Below, in pieces: positions 11,807 to 21,572 of a DNA stretch of 29,008 nucleotides; position 1 is the first letter of the stretch, and each line of letters begins with the position of its first letter. A model generated the notes under the pieces. That model did not search any database. It saw only the letters and a program-made list of their open reading frames with translations, and was not told the DNA's origin. Source of the stretch: Octopus sinensis (taxonomy: Eukaryota); the NCBI RefSeq assembly GCF_006345805.1, contig NW_021832930.1, forward strand, positions 1 through 29,008, given 5' to 3'. The position numbers were made by a program, and so were the translations under genes.

Positions 11807-13249
11807 AGCTGTTGTTGCTGCTGTTGTTGCTGCTGCCGTTGTTGCTGCTGTTATTGTTGTTGCTGTTGCTGCTGTTGTTGCTGCTGTTGTTGCTGCTGTG
11901 CTGCTGATGTTGCTGCAGCTGCAACTGAAGCCGCTTTTTGCAACAAATGCAACGATAGCGGTAGTAATGTCAATGGTGGTGGTGGTGGTGGTGGTGGTGG
12001 TGGCGGCGGTGGTGGTGGTGGTGGTGGTGGTGGTGGTGGTGGTGATGGCGGCGGTGGTGGTGGCGGTGGTGGCGGCGATGGTGGTGCGGCGGTGGTGGTG
12101 GTGCAGGAAATACAACAGCAAAAGTAACAATAACTATCCGCAGCAACAATGGCATCGCTGTTTTTTGTTTGGTGCATCAGCAACAACAACAACAGCAACA
12201 GCAACAGCAGTAGCAGTGATGGCTGCAGCAACAACAGCTGCAACAGCAACGGCAGCAGCAGAAGCCGCGGCAGTAGCAAGCGCATCAACAATGTTATCAA
12301 TGTTTTGCACCGTGCAGCAGCGACCGTATCAGCAACATCTGCAGCAGCAGCAGCAGCAGGAATGACAATGTCACCAACGTTGTTCGCAGCGCCGCAACGA
12401 CAACATCAACAAGATAAGGGGGTGGTGGCCATAACAAGAACAAGAAACAGCAGATGCAACAATGCAAATAACAACAACAACAACAGCAACTGCAGATATT
12501 GTTGCAACGATAAATGCAACAACAACAACAACACAACAGCTGCAATAGCGATGGTGACAGAAAGTGTAAGAAAAACAGCACCAACTGCAGCGGTTGCTGC
12601 AGCTACCAGATTGAACACGATGCATTTGCAGAAACCACACAAAAGCAAAACAACAGCAACAACTCCAACAACAAAGCAATGACAACTACGATCATCAACG
12701 TGTCATGCTGCAGCAAAACAACAACCGCCATAACAGCGACAACAGCCGCTGCAGCCGTGACAATAGCGGCTGTAGTAGAAACAATAGCAACGGCTAGGGC
12801 AGCGTTAGCGACGTTAACGAGATTGAAGCCGCATAGCAACAATTATGCAATTTGCAGTATTTACGGTGTGGTGTCTCGTGCAAGAAGACCAATAGCAGAA
12901 AGTGTAGCGACAGTAGCCGCAGTGTTCGCAACATACTAAGATTAGCAACAATGCGGGGGAAATAGCAACAGGAACAGTGGCATTGAGATGTTTGTGTGCG
13001 GCAGCCATGGCAACAATAGCAGCAACGTGAATAGCAGTGAATGGTGTTAGCATCAACTGCGGGCACGGCAACGGCAGCCGGGCGTTAGCAACATTAAACG
13101 GTTTTACGAGTAAATAGCAACTGCAGCTACTACGGCATTAGCCATAATAACGACATGTTGCGTCGGTAGCAACAACGATATTAGCAGCTGAAAGCGTTCG
13201 CAACGTAGCAGTATTAATACCGTGAATGGCATTGCAAACAGCAGCAACA

Positions 13250-13594
13250 GTGGAGGCACAATTGCCCAATGGTTAGGGCAGCGGACAGCGGACTCGCGGG
13301 CGTTGTGTGTGTTTATTGAGCGAAAACACCTAAAAGCTCCACGAGGCTCCGGCAGGAGGGGGGATGCCGACTCCTCTTGTACTCTTTCGCTCCAACTTTC
13401 TCTCACTCTTTCTTCCTGTTTCTTGTCCCCGACTTCCTACGCAACCGCTGAGCCTGGATGCGCATTCATCCATCCATCGATGCTCTCGGTGTCGGGGGTT
13501 TACCTGCTTTCTCTTCTGCGAGTCTTACGAATAGCAAAGGACCACGTTTCGGACTTCTCCCATCTTGCGAGCTCTGGGACGAAGGCCGTTCGCC
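13250..13594 (+). mobile_element. SINE-4 variant (head B with B-box deleted + tail Z)
   Basis: GTGGAGGCACAATTGCCCAATGGTTAGGGCAGCGGAC and GTTTATTGAGCGAAAACACCTAAAAGCTCCACGAGGCTCCGGCAGG match 18496ff and 25652ff; the segment carrying GGTTTCGATTCC is missing. Confidence 0.85.
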
Positions 13595-13756
13595 CAACAG
13601 CAACAACAGCAACAACAAACAACAACAAAAACCACAATACCAACAACCATAACAATAACAGAAGCCACTGCACCAACTGCATTTTAGCAGCCTTAGCAAC
13701 ATTAAAAACAGCTGTAGGAAGTAACAACAGTATTAATCACCAGCGATAAGATTAGC

Positions 13757-13795
<39 letters not shown>

Positions 13796-13796
<1 letters not shown>

Positions 13797-14311
13797 CAGT
13801 ACCAGACAGTGGCTCTCATGGCTTCTGATCTTAACTGATTGGAAGTGTTATCATGTACATTGTTTTGTCTTGGTATAAAAGATGAGCTACAGCAATATTC
13901 TGCTCAATACCACAGATTTGCTTGTCAGTTGTTTGACCTTAACCAGTTGAGCATTCCCCTTAGGGGCTGACGATATGTGCATCTCTGATCACGAGCAGAG
14001 TAGTGGGGGAGCATCATAGCCATGTGTTGAGAGGGATTCTTTGGAGTTTGAATAATTCACCTCTGGAAACATAGGTGTTTCGTTCAACATCCTAAGCAAC
14101 CCTTATTCAGGCACCTTTTGAGCAGGATGGGCTACTCGACCTGCAAGGTCATGCGCTGTTTATCTTGATATGAGATCACCATGTCGCGCACATATGGTTG
14201 TGAGGCATGTGCCTGGTGTACCCTTATCAGACGGGTAGTCATGATGGGTATATTGGGCTTCGTATATTTTACCCCAGAGTCACTTTGATGGCATGCACTG
14301 CTCTCTCACTC
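13796..14311. mobile_element. 516-bp non-coding element embedded in (AAT)n on both sides
   Basis: Sharp boundaries with pure (AAT)n at 13757-13795 and 14312-14323, and a complex interior without a long ORF. I recall it as a common octopus repeat; it is single-copy in this window. Confidence 0.6.
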
Positions 14312-14902
14312 AATAATAATAATGATAATTATAACAATTATAATTATACCAACAGCAATAGCAACAGGCAGGTAAATAGCACATGTGATATAGTAAATGG
14401 CAACAACCAGAAACGCAACATTATCAACCACGGCGGCAACATCTATATTTAGCAGCAGAAATAGTATGACCAGTAGTAACATTGCCGGCTCGAACGACAA
14501 CAAACATCTACAGCAGCGGCAGGTGCAGCAGTAGTTGAGACGGTGTCGACAGCAGCAGCAGCAGCAGCAGCTGAATCGATGACAACGTTAGCAACTCCAA
14601 ATGCAGTACCAGTAAGAGGGGGGAACTTTCACGTGGTGGCGCTACATGCTAGAAACAGATGCCAAGTTGCCTTCAAATCACAGCTATAAAGGAAGGAAAC
14701 GACGCATTGGAAAATGTAGCCCTGCCTGACTCTAAAACGAGTGAATTTGGTAGGTGGAAAGAAGCCCCTCATATATATATATATATCACTGTCATCACCG
14801 TGACCGATCAGGCTATCAGATGTTGCTACACATCGCTGGTCACAATGCGCTTCACATTGTTTTATCCTTCAAATGACCCCAATCCGCTGGCTAAGTGAGC
14901 AG

Positions 14903-14963
<61 letters not shown>

Positions 14964-14984
14964 CTTATATATATATTATATATC

Positions 14985-15025
<41 letters not shown>

Positions 15026-15142
15026 GTATATATATATATTTATAATATAATATATATGTATATTATATGTGTGATCTATATATATATATATATATAATAT
15101 ATATATAGATTGATATATAATATATATATATATATATAATAA

Positions 15143-15346
15143 GTGTTCTGTGTTTGCTCCTTTCCATTACCGTGACAACCGGTGGTTGCTGTGTTTACGT
15201 CTCCATAGCTTAGCGGTTCAGCAAAAAAGACCCATAGAATAAAAAAATAAATCCTGAGGTTGATTTCTTCGACTAAAAAAACCTTCAAGACGGTGCTCCA
15301 GCATGGCCGCAATCAAATGACTGAAACAAGTAAAAGAATAAAAGAA
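15143..15346 (+). mobile_element. SINE-1 3' module downstream of an expanded (TA)n linker
   Basis: GTGTTTACGTCTCCATAGCTTAGCGGTTCAGC...GGTGCTCCAGCATGGCCGCAATCAAATGACTGAAACAAGTAAAAGAATAAAAGAA. A remnant of the preceding module (TTTGGTAG...GAAAGAAGCCC) lies at about 14745-14768. Confidence 0.85.
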
Positions 15347-15478
15347 CACACAACACACATACCACACACACAATTTTAGGCTTTTTTTACCTTAAATTCA
15401 GTCTAGTTGTGGATCTCCGTCGTTCGGCATGGAGGATTCAGATATTCGAACAACTGAATCGACATTCCTTTTTAGGAA

Positions 15479-15591
15479 GTAACGCGTGCGTAGCAGAGCA
15501 TTCCACAGACGCATGCACCTTTACGTCAGGTCTCAAACAGAATTCGCGTGTCACAAAGTGTGACAAGGATGACCTTTTAAATCACAGGTAC
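15479..15591 (-). mobile_element. Diverged fragment of the SINE-4 central module
   Basis: The reverse complement GTACCTGTGATTTAAAAGGTCATCCTTGTCACACTTTGTG...GCGTCTGTGGAATGCTC aligns with 25853-25950. Confidence 0.7.
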
Positions 15592-15870
15592 AATCCATCC
15601 GAAGGGATTGTCGTTGAGTTTCCGCCTACCCGATTTCTTTCACAAGCCATATGTCCATCCGCCGTATAGAAAATGACATTTGCCTAAATCCCGCTTGCAA
15701 TGGGATCGAACTTGGTATCTTGTAGTTAGGAAGCTATGCCAACAAAATTCAGTTGCCATAACATTATGTTAATTTATGTTAATTTATGTTGGTCTAAACA
15801 TAGTTTATAGAAGCCAAAAAGGGACTTTTGTTTTACTGTACATTCTCGGAGTATTTCTGAAAAATATTTA

Positions 15871-16276
15871 GGCGTAGGAGTGGCTGTGTGGTAAGTAGCT
15901 TGCTTACCAACCGTATGTTTCCGGGTTCAGTCCCACTGCGTGGCAACTTGGATAAGTGTCTTCTACTAAAGCCTCGGGCCGACCAAAGCCTTGTGAGAGG
16001 ATTTAGAAGACAGAAACTGAAAGAAGCCCGTCGTATATATGTATATATATGTGTGTGTGCATATGTTTGTGTGTCTGTGTTTGTCCCCCAACATCGCTTG
16101 ACAACCGATGGTTGTGTATTTACGTCCCCGTAGCTTAGCGGTTCGGCAAAAAGAGACCGATAGAATAAGTACTACGCTTACAAAGAATAAATCCTGGGGT
16201 CGATTTGCTCGACTAAAGGCGGTGCTCCAGCATGGCCACAGCCACATGACTGAAACAAGTAAAAGAGTAAAAGAGT
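15871..16276 (+). mobile_element. SINE-1, full length
   Basis: Same head, linker and tail as 4341-4730. Confidence 0.93.
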
Positions 16277-16379
16277 ATTAATACCTTTGAGTACCGTTAA
16301 ATCTGTCCTCGCAGACGCAATTTCAATCTTGTTCTCTTTCTTTCTCGAGTTTCGCCACTGAATACTTGTTTCGACCATT

Positions 16380-16450
16380 CGCTCAGAATTCAGATTGTGC
16401 CGAGGGTCTACTTTGCTTTTCATCTTTTCGATGTCCATCAAAAAGTATTA
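16380..16450 (+). mobile_element. Highly diverged SINE-2 fragment
   Basis: CGCTCAGAATTCAGATTGTGCCGAGGGTCTACTTTGCTTTTCATCTTTTCG versus CGTTCTGAGTTCAAATTCCGCCGAGGTCGACTTTGCCTTTCATCCTTTCG. Confidence 0.6.
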
Positions 16451-16641
16451 ATAAAAAAGGAGGTAAGATTGCCTCCGGGAATGTAGAAACATCGGATTGA
16501 CTGAATTGCAGAATCTGTCCCGGTTTTTCACATCCTGAGGTCAAATTCCATCATCACTATGACCTACTTGGATGGCAGATTCATCTGTGGCACGGCTCGA
16601 CACCACTACCCAGCACCTCATGTTCCTTTAGTGGAAATCCG

Positions 16642-16751
16642 CTACGGTACAAGCATTCGGGCCATATCTTTATGTGACAGATGCATCTCTCCATCCTTCA
16701 AATCAGCCTCAGCGACCACCAAAATATCAGAAGCACTGTCTGCTATCTTGA
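16642..16751 (-). CDS. Candidate coding exon, (x)KIADSASDILVVAEADLKDGEMHLSHKDMARMLVP-stop, product unknown
   Basis: Strong minus-strand acceptor ttttttatttaacttccAG (AG at 16753-16752). Only one frame stays open (phase 1, 35 codons to TAG). The sequence is non-repetitive. No homolog recognised. Confidence 0.35.
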
Positions 16752-16954
16752 CTGGAAGTTAAATAAAAAATATACAAAGCGACTTCACACCTTATAACTT
16801 TGTTGTTGCAAGTGTGTATAACAAGCGTAAATTTACATTTTCTCAAATTAAATTTTCCGGTTGAAGGCGGTTCTGTTTGTACTTTTAAGAATGGAACCAT
16901 TTCCCAGAATCACAGTTCTTTCGTGGCATATGTTAATTTATCGTTTGATATTTA

Positions 16955-17134
16955 TCCTTTATTTATTTCAGTCATTAGACTGCGGCCATGCTGGGGCACC
17001 GCCTTGAAAAAGTTTTAGTCGAACGACTCCAGTAGATATTTTTTTTAAGCCGGGTGTTTATTGTATCGTTGTCTTTTGCCGAACCGCTACGTTAAGGGGC
17101 GTTTAAGCACCATCACTGGTTATCAAGCAGGGGT

Positions 17135-17167
<33 letters not shown>

Positions 17168-17349
17168 CACATGCACACACACATACAGCGGGCTTCTTTC
17201 AGTTTTCGTCTACCAAATCCACTCACAAAGATTTTGTCGGCTGGAGGCTACAGTAGGAGACACTTGACCAAGGTGCCACGCAGTGGGACTGAACCCGGAA
17301 CCATCTGGTTGGGAAGCAAACTTCTTACCACACAGCCATGCCCCTGCCT
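16955..17349 (-). mobile_element. SINE-1, full length, inverted
   Basis: Reverse complement of head (CTTACCACACAGCCATGCCCCTGCC), linker (CA)n and tail (TTTCAGTCATTAGACTGCGGCCATGCTGG). Confidence 0.9.
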
Positions 17350-17634
17350 AAATATATACCTTGGCTTATATTTTACAATTGGGTCAACAAAATATTTATT
17401 TACAAAATCAAAGAGAATACAAGCTAAGGGGAATAACTCAAACCGGCTAATAACATGAATTTGGATCGCGCAAGAAATTGTTAATTGGAATTTCTTTCCA
17501 ACGATAATTGTTAGCAGCTCTCAAAATGGAGGGAGATAATTCCAAGATGTTAGGAATTAGTCTCAAAGTAGATTTATATTTATTTACATGTAAGTCAGTT
17601 TGGTCGATAGGCACCATAAGACCGTATTCATAGT

Positions 17635-17672
17635 CTACACTGATGAGGCCCAGTACGCCGAAACATCCGTAG
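17635..17672 (+). ncRNA. Minimal type-I hammerhead ribozyme relic (Penelope-like-element type), probably inactive
   Basis: CTACA-CTGATGA-GGC ccagtac GCC-GAAA-CATC-CGTAG. Exact CUGAUGA and GAAA cores, a 3-bp stem II, and stem I CTAC/GTAG. The two deviations (A17639, A17665) are both CpG to CpA changes. Confidence 0.65.
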
Positions 17673-18039
17673 TTGGTCCTTTCCCTGCACACAAGGATCA
17701 GAACGCTTCTTGCCCTAAGTATGTAAATTAAGCAAAAATAAGGTAAGAAAAATAACTGAGAATGGCCAGTGGCATGTATTTGAACAACAGACAAATACAG
17801 ATATAGCAATTGCAATAAAAGATACATACTTGATTTCCTAAAATTATCTCCGTCTCTTGAGGATGTATCTTGATTACCAAATGACAATTAAGACCAGTTC
17901 CATATAAGAAAGGGAGATAATCTCAAAACCCCCAAAACAAAAGCATTAAAGAAAAGGACAAGCTTATCGTCTGGAGATAAGAGGACAGTTGTGGACTCGT
18001 GTTCCTGTCTCAATATGCGTCATTAGCACAACCTTCAAC

Positions 18040-18174
18040 CTTATCTCCTGCAGCCATGCCTTTATGGCCGAAGTCATTTCCATTTCAGAGATAAATTCCC
18101 ATTTTTGAGATGACCGCTCCTGTTCTTTCAGAGTCACCAACAACTGTGGCTGAGTTTTCGTCATCTTTCTACAA
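18040..18174 (-). CDS. Candidate coding exon, (x)CRKMTKTQPQLLVTLKEQERSSQKWEFISEMEMTSAIKAWLQEI(R), product unknown
   Basis: Textbook minus-strand acceptor tttttacttttttataacttttatctcttAG (AG at 18176-18175); open frame shared with ORF 17964..18164; possible donors AG|GTTGAA (18039) or AG|GTTGTG (18032). No homolog recognised. Confidence 0.35.
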
Positions 18175-18243
18175 CTAAGAGATAAAAGTTATAAAAAAGT
18201 AAAAATTTTGTTTATTTATTTTACAGACGCTATTCAGAACATA

Positions 18244-18492
18244 GTGGAGGCGCGTGGCTTAGTGGTTAGGGTGTCAGCATCATGATCGTAAGATTCTGGT
18301 TTCGATACCTGGACCGAGCGAGGCGCTGTGTTCTTGAGTAAAACACTTCATTTTACGTTGTTCCAGTCCACTCAGCTGGCAAAAATTAGTAACGCTGCGA
18401 TGGACTGGCGTCTCGTCCAGCTGGGGAACACATACGCCATTGAAACAGGGAAATAGTGCATATGAGCCTAGATAGGCTTTAAAAAGGGCGCA
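18244..18492 (+). mobile_element. SINE-3 variant (head A + tail X), first half of a dimer
   Basis: TGGCTTAGTGG A-box and GGTTTCGATACC B-box; GTGTTCTTGAGTAAAACACTT...CACTCAGCT matches 248-299. Confidence 0.85.
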
Positions 18493-18495
18493 TTT

Positions 18496-18806
18496 TGTGG
18501 AGGCGCAATGGCCCAGTGGTTAGGGCAGCGGACTCACGGTCGGAGGATCATGGTTTCGATTCCCAGACCGGGCGTTGTGCATGTTTATTGAGTGAAAACA
18601 CCAAAAAGGTCCACGAGGCTCCGGCAGGGAGTGGTGGTGACCCCTGTTGTACTCTTTCGTCACAATTTTCTCTCACTCTCTCTCTCTCTTCCTGTTTCTT
18701 CAGTAACGCTGTGAAGGACAGGCTGGAGAGAACACATACGCCACAGAAACCGGGAAACCGGGCCCGTGAGCCTGGCTAGGCTTGAAAAGGGCGACGTTTA
18801 TCGTTT
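18496..18806 (+). mobile_element. SINE-4 (head B + tail X), second half of a dimer
   Basis: TGGCCCAGTGG A-box and GGTTTCGATTCC B-box; the tail AGTAACGCTG...GAACACATACGCCA...TAGGCTT.AAAAGGGCG is shared with 18388-18492. Confidence 0.88.
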
Positions 18807-19032
18807 TATTCAGAACATAACTTTTTAACTTGCATTAATTTGTACCATAATAAGGTTAAACAATTACTGTAGAAGGACGACAGAAGAACATACGGAAAAA
18901 TCGCTCACACAGCATGAACATGCTCTCCCCTCGTCAGTTATCGTTCAAATATCATAACAATTTTGCTCCCGAAGCGATTTTACAAAGCCAGCCTTATGAT
19001 GGATCACCGCTCAACGGTACGATACTCGGGAA

Positions 19033-19630
19033 AGGCGGCGAGCTGGCAGAAACGTTAGCACGCCGGGCGAAATGCGTCACCGTATTTCGTCTGTCGTTAC
19101 GTTGTGAGTTCAAATTCCGCCGAGGTCGACTTTGCCTTTCATTCTTTCGAGGTCGATAAATTAAATACCAGTTACGCATTGGGGTCGATGTAATCGACTT
19201 AATACCTATGTCTGTCCTTGTTTGTCCCCTCTATGTTTAGCCCCTTATGGGTAATAAAGAAATAGGTATTTCGTCTGCCGCTACGTTCTGAGTTCAAATT
19301 CCGCCGAGGTCAACTTTGCCTTTCATCCTTTCGGGGTCGATAAATTAAGTACCAGTTACGCACTGGGGTCGATGCAATCGACTTAATACCCATGTCTGTC
19401 CTTGTTTATCCCCTCTATGTTTAGCCCCTTGTGGGTAATAAAGAAATAGGTATTTCATCTGTCGTTACGTTCTGAGTTCAAATTCCGCCGAGGTCGACTT
19501 TGTCTTTCATCCTTTCGGGGTCGATAAATTAAGTACCAGTTACGCATTGGGGTCGATGTAATCGACTTAATACCTATGTCTGTCCTTGTTTGTCCCCTCT
19601 ATATTTAACCTATGGGTAATAAAGAAATAG
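19033..19630 (+). mobile_element. SINE-2 head followed by three tandem units (184, 184, 181 bp)
   Basis: Units start with GTATTTC at 19082, 19266 and 19450; each retains the B-box GAGTTCAAATTCC. Confidence 0.92.
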
Positions 19631-19882
19631 GTACGGTACTCGGGTATTTCGCTCTCTGTATGCGTGCATGTCAGTATGTGTGTGTACGTGATGTGCGCGT
19701 GCGCGCATGTATGTGAGAGAGCATGGTTGTGTTGGTCTGTAGGTGGGGTAGAGATGCTGGAAATTTGATACATTAGGAAAAAAAATTGTTGTAAGCGCAA
19801 AGGATTTAATAAAGAATTCCATGGGAGGGGAAAATATTTTGAGATATTTTAAAATATGTAGATCCGGAATACGGACATATGT

Positions 19883-19929
<47 letters not shown>

Positions 19930-19977
19930 TGTGTGTGTGCGTGCGTGCTTGAGCGCACAAACACGCACAACCCTATA

Positions 19978-20290
19978 TATTCTTTTCTTTGTTTCTGTCA
20001 TTTGACTGCAGCCATGCTGGAGCACCGCCTTTAGTCGAAATCCGCCTTTAGTCGACCCCCAGGGCTCATACTTTGTAAGCCTAGTACTTATTCTATCGGT
20101 CTCTTTTTACCGAACCACTAAGTTACGGGGACGTAAACATACCAACAAGCAATGGTGGGAGAACAAATGCAGACACAAACATACAACACACACACACACG
20201 TACACACACACTATATATATATAATATATATATATATATATAATATATAATATATATATATATATACGACGAGCTCTTTTCCAGTTTCCG
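19978..20290 (-). mobile_element. SINE-1, 5'-truncated, inverted
   Basis: TTTCTGTCATTTGACTGCAGCCATGCTGGAGCACCGCCTTTAGTCGA...CCGAACCACTAAGTTACGGGGACGTAAAC, with an internal duplication of CCGCCTTTAGTCGA. Confidence 0.88.
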
Positions 20291-20439
20291 CCATCTCTTC
20301 AGTTATCCGGCGTGGATTTCCACCCCGGCATCCGAAACTCGGAGTTTTATCATGGCTACCGAATAATTGTCACATATTACATTTACAGATAAATTCCTCT
20401 ATTTACATAATATCGAGGTCTCTTTCTTTTTATCAATAT

Positions 20440-21017
20440 ATATATATATAGCGAGAGAGAGAGGGGGGGAGAAAGAGAGAGAGCGGGGAGAAAGGGAGAG
20501 GGGGAGAGAGAGAGGTAAAGAGATATACATAGAGAGAAGAGGGAGGAGAGAGAAAGACGGAGAGGTGGGGAGAAAAGGAAGGGGGTATATAAAGAGAGAG
20601 AGAAAGAGAGAGGGAGAGAGAGAGGGAAGGAGAAATGTATATATATATATAGAGAGAGAGTGTGTGTGAGAGAGAGCGAACGGCTTAAGAAGCGGTTTAT
20701 AACTGGAGTTTTCCGGTCGTTTGCCGGTTCCTCAAATAGAAAACGATTTAGTATATCTCTCCCCCTCTGTTGCCCCCCTCTCTCTCTCTTTCTCTCTCAA
20801 TTCTCCTCACTCACTCACTCACTCACCCCTCACTCATTCCTCTCTCATTCCTTCCTATCTCTCCTTCTCCCTCCTACCCTTTCTTTGCCCTTACTACCTC
20901 ATACCATCACTCCTTGCTACTGCACGCCAACCGCAAAAGCACGTGCTTCTGTCGTCTGCTACTTGTTACTACATTGTACTACAGACTATGGTCTTAGCAG
21001 CAGCTGCAGTGGTACCG

Positions 21018-21049
<32 letters not shown>

Positions 21050-21149
21050 GGTGGTAGTAGTGGTGGTGGTGGTGGTGGTGGTGGCGGTGGTGGTGGTGGT
21101 AGCAGTAGTAGTAGTTGTTGTTGTTGTAGTGGTGGTGGTGGTAGTAGTG

Positions 21150-21180
<31 letters not shown>

Positions 21181-21538
21181 CGGTGGTGGTGGTGGTAGCA
21201 GTAGTAGTAGTTTTTGTAGTGGTGGTGGTAGTAGTAGTGGTAGTAGTAGTAGTAGTGGTAGTAGTAGTAGTAGTAGTAGTAGTAGCGGTGGTGGTGGTGG
21301 TGGTAGCAGTAGTAGTAGTAGTTGTTGTTGTAGTGGTGGTGGTGGTAGTAGTGGTAGTTGTAGTAGTAGTAGTAGTAGTAGTAGTAGTAACGGCGGTGAC
21401 AATAGCGATTGTGGTGAGGTTGGTGGTAGCGGCAGTAGTGGCACCGTGGAAGTGAGGAAGATGACGACGACGATGATGATGATGATGACGATGACGATGA
21501 CGATGACGATGATGATGATAATGATGATGATGATGACG

Positions 21539-21572
<34 letters not shown>

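Larger units (their letters stand above)
10063..13745. repeat. Degenerate trinucleotide / cryptic-simplicity region (GTA, AAT, CAC, CAG/CTG, CAA, GCA) with unique islands
   Basis: Period-3 low-complexity sequence with open frames on both strands, enriched in Ala/Thr/Val/Gln/Asn/Leu runs. Confidence 0.9.

Noticed and set aside
13001-13014. RFX X-box-like GCAGCCATGGCAAC and many TAGCAAC half-sites
   Set aside because: Expected by-products of a GCA/CAA-rich background.
6661-13100. Poly-N/D/M/L/I/S/H/Q/A ORFs up to 379 aa
   Set aside because: Trinucleotide repeats lack stops in most frames; there is no domain content or convincing splice context.
17447-17887. 146-aa minus-strand ORF as one coding unit
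   Set aside because: It runs through a strong splice donor, an AT-rich intron-like stretch and the antisense of the hammerhead relic; no recognisable domain.
19082-19630. 184-bp tandem units as 5S rDNA, a tRNA array or a hammerhead retrozyme
   Set aside because: No 5S sequence or cloverleaf, and no CUGANGA/GAAA pair found on either strand by eye.
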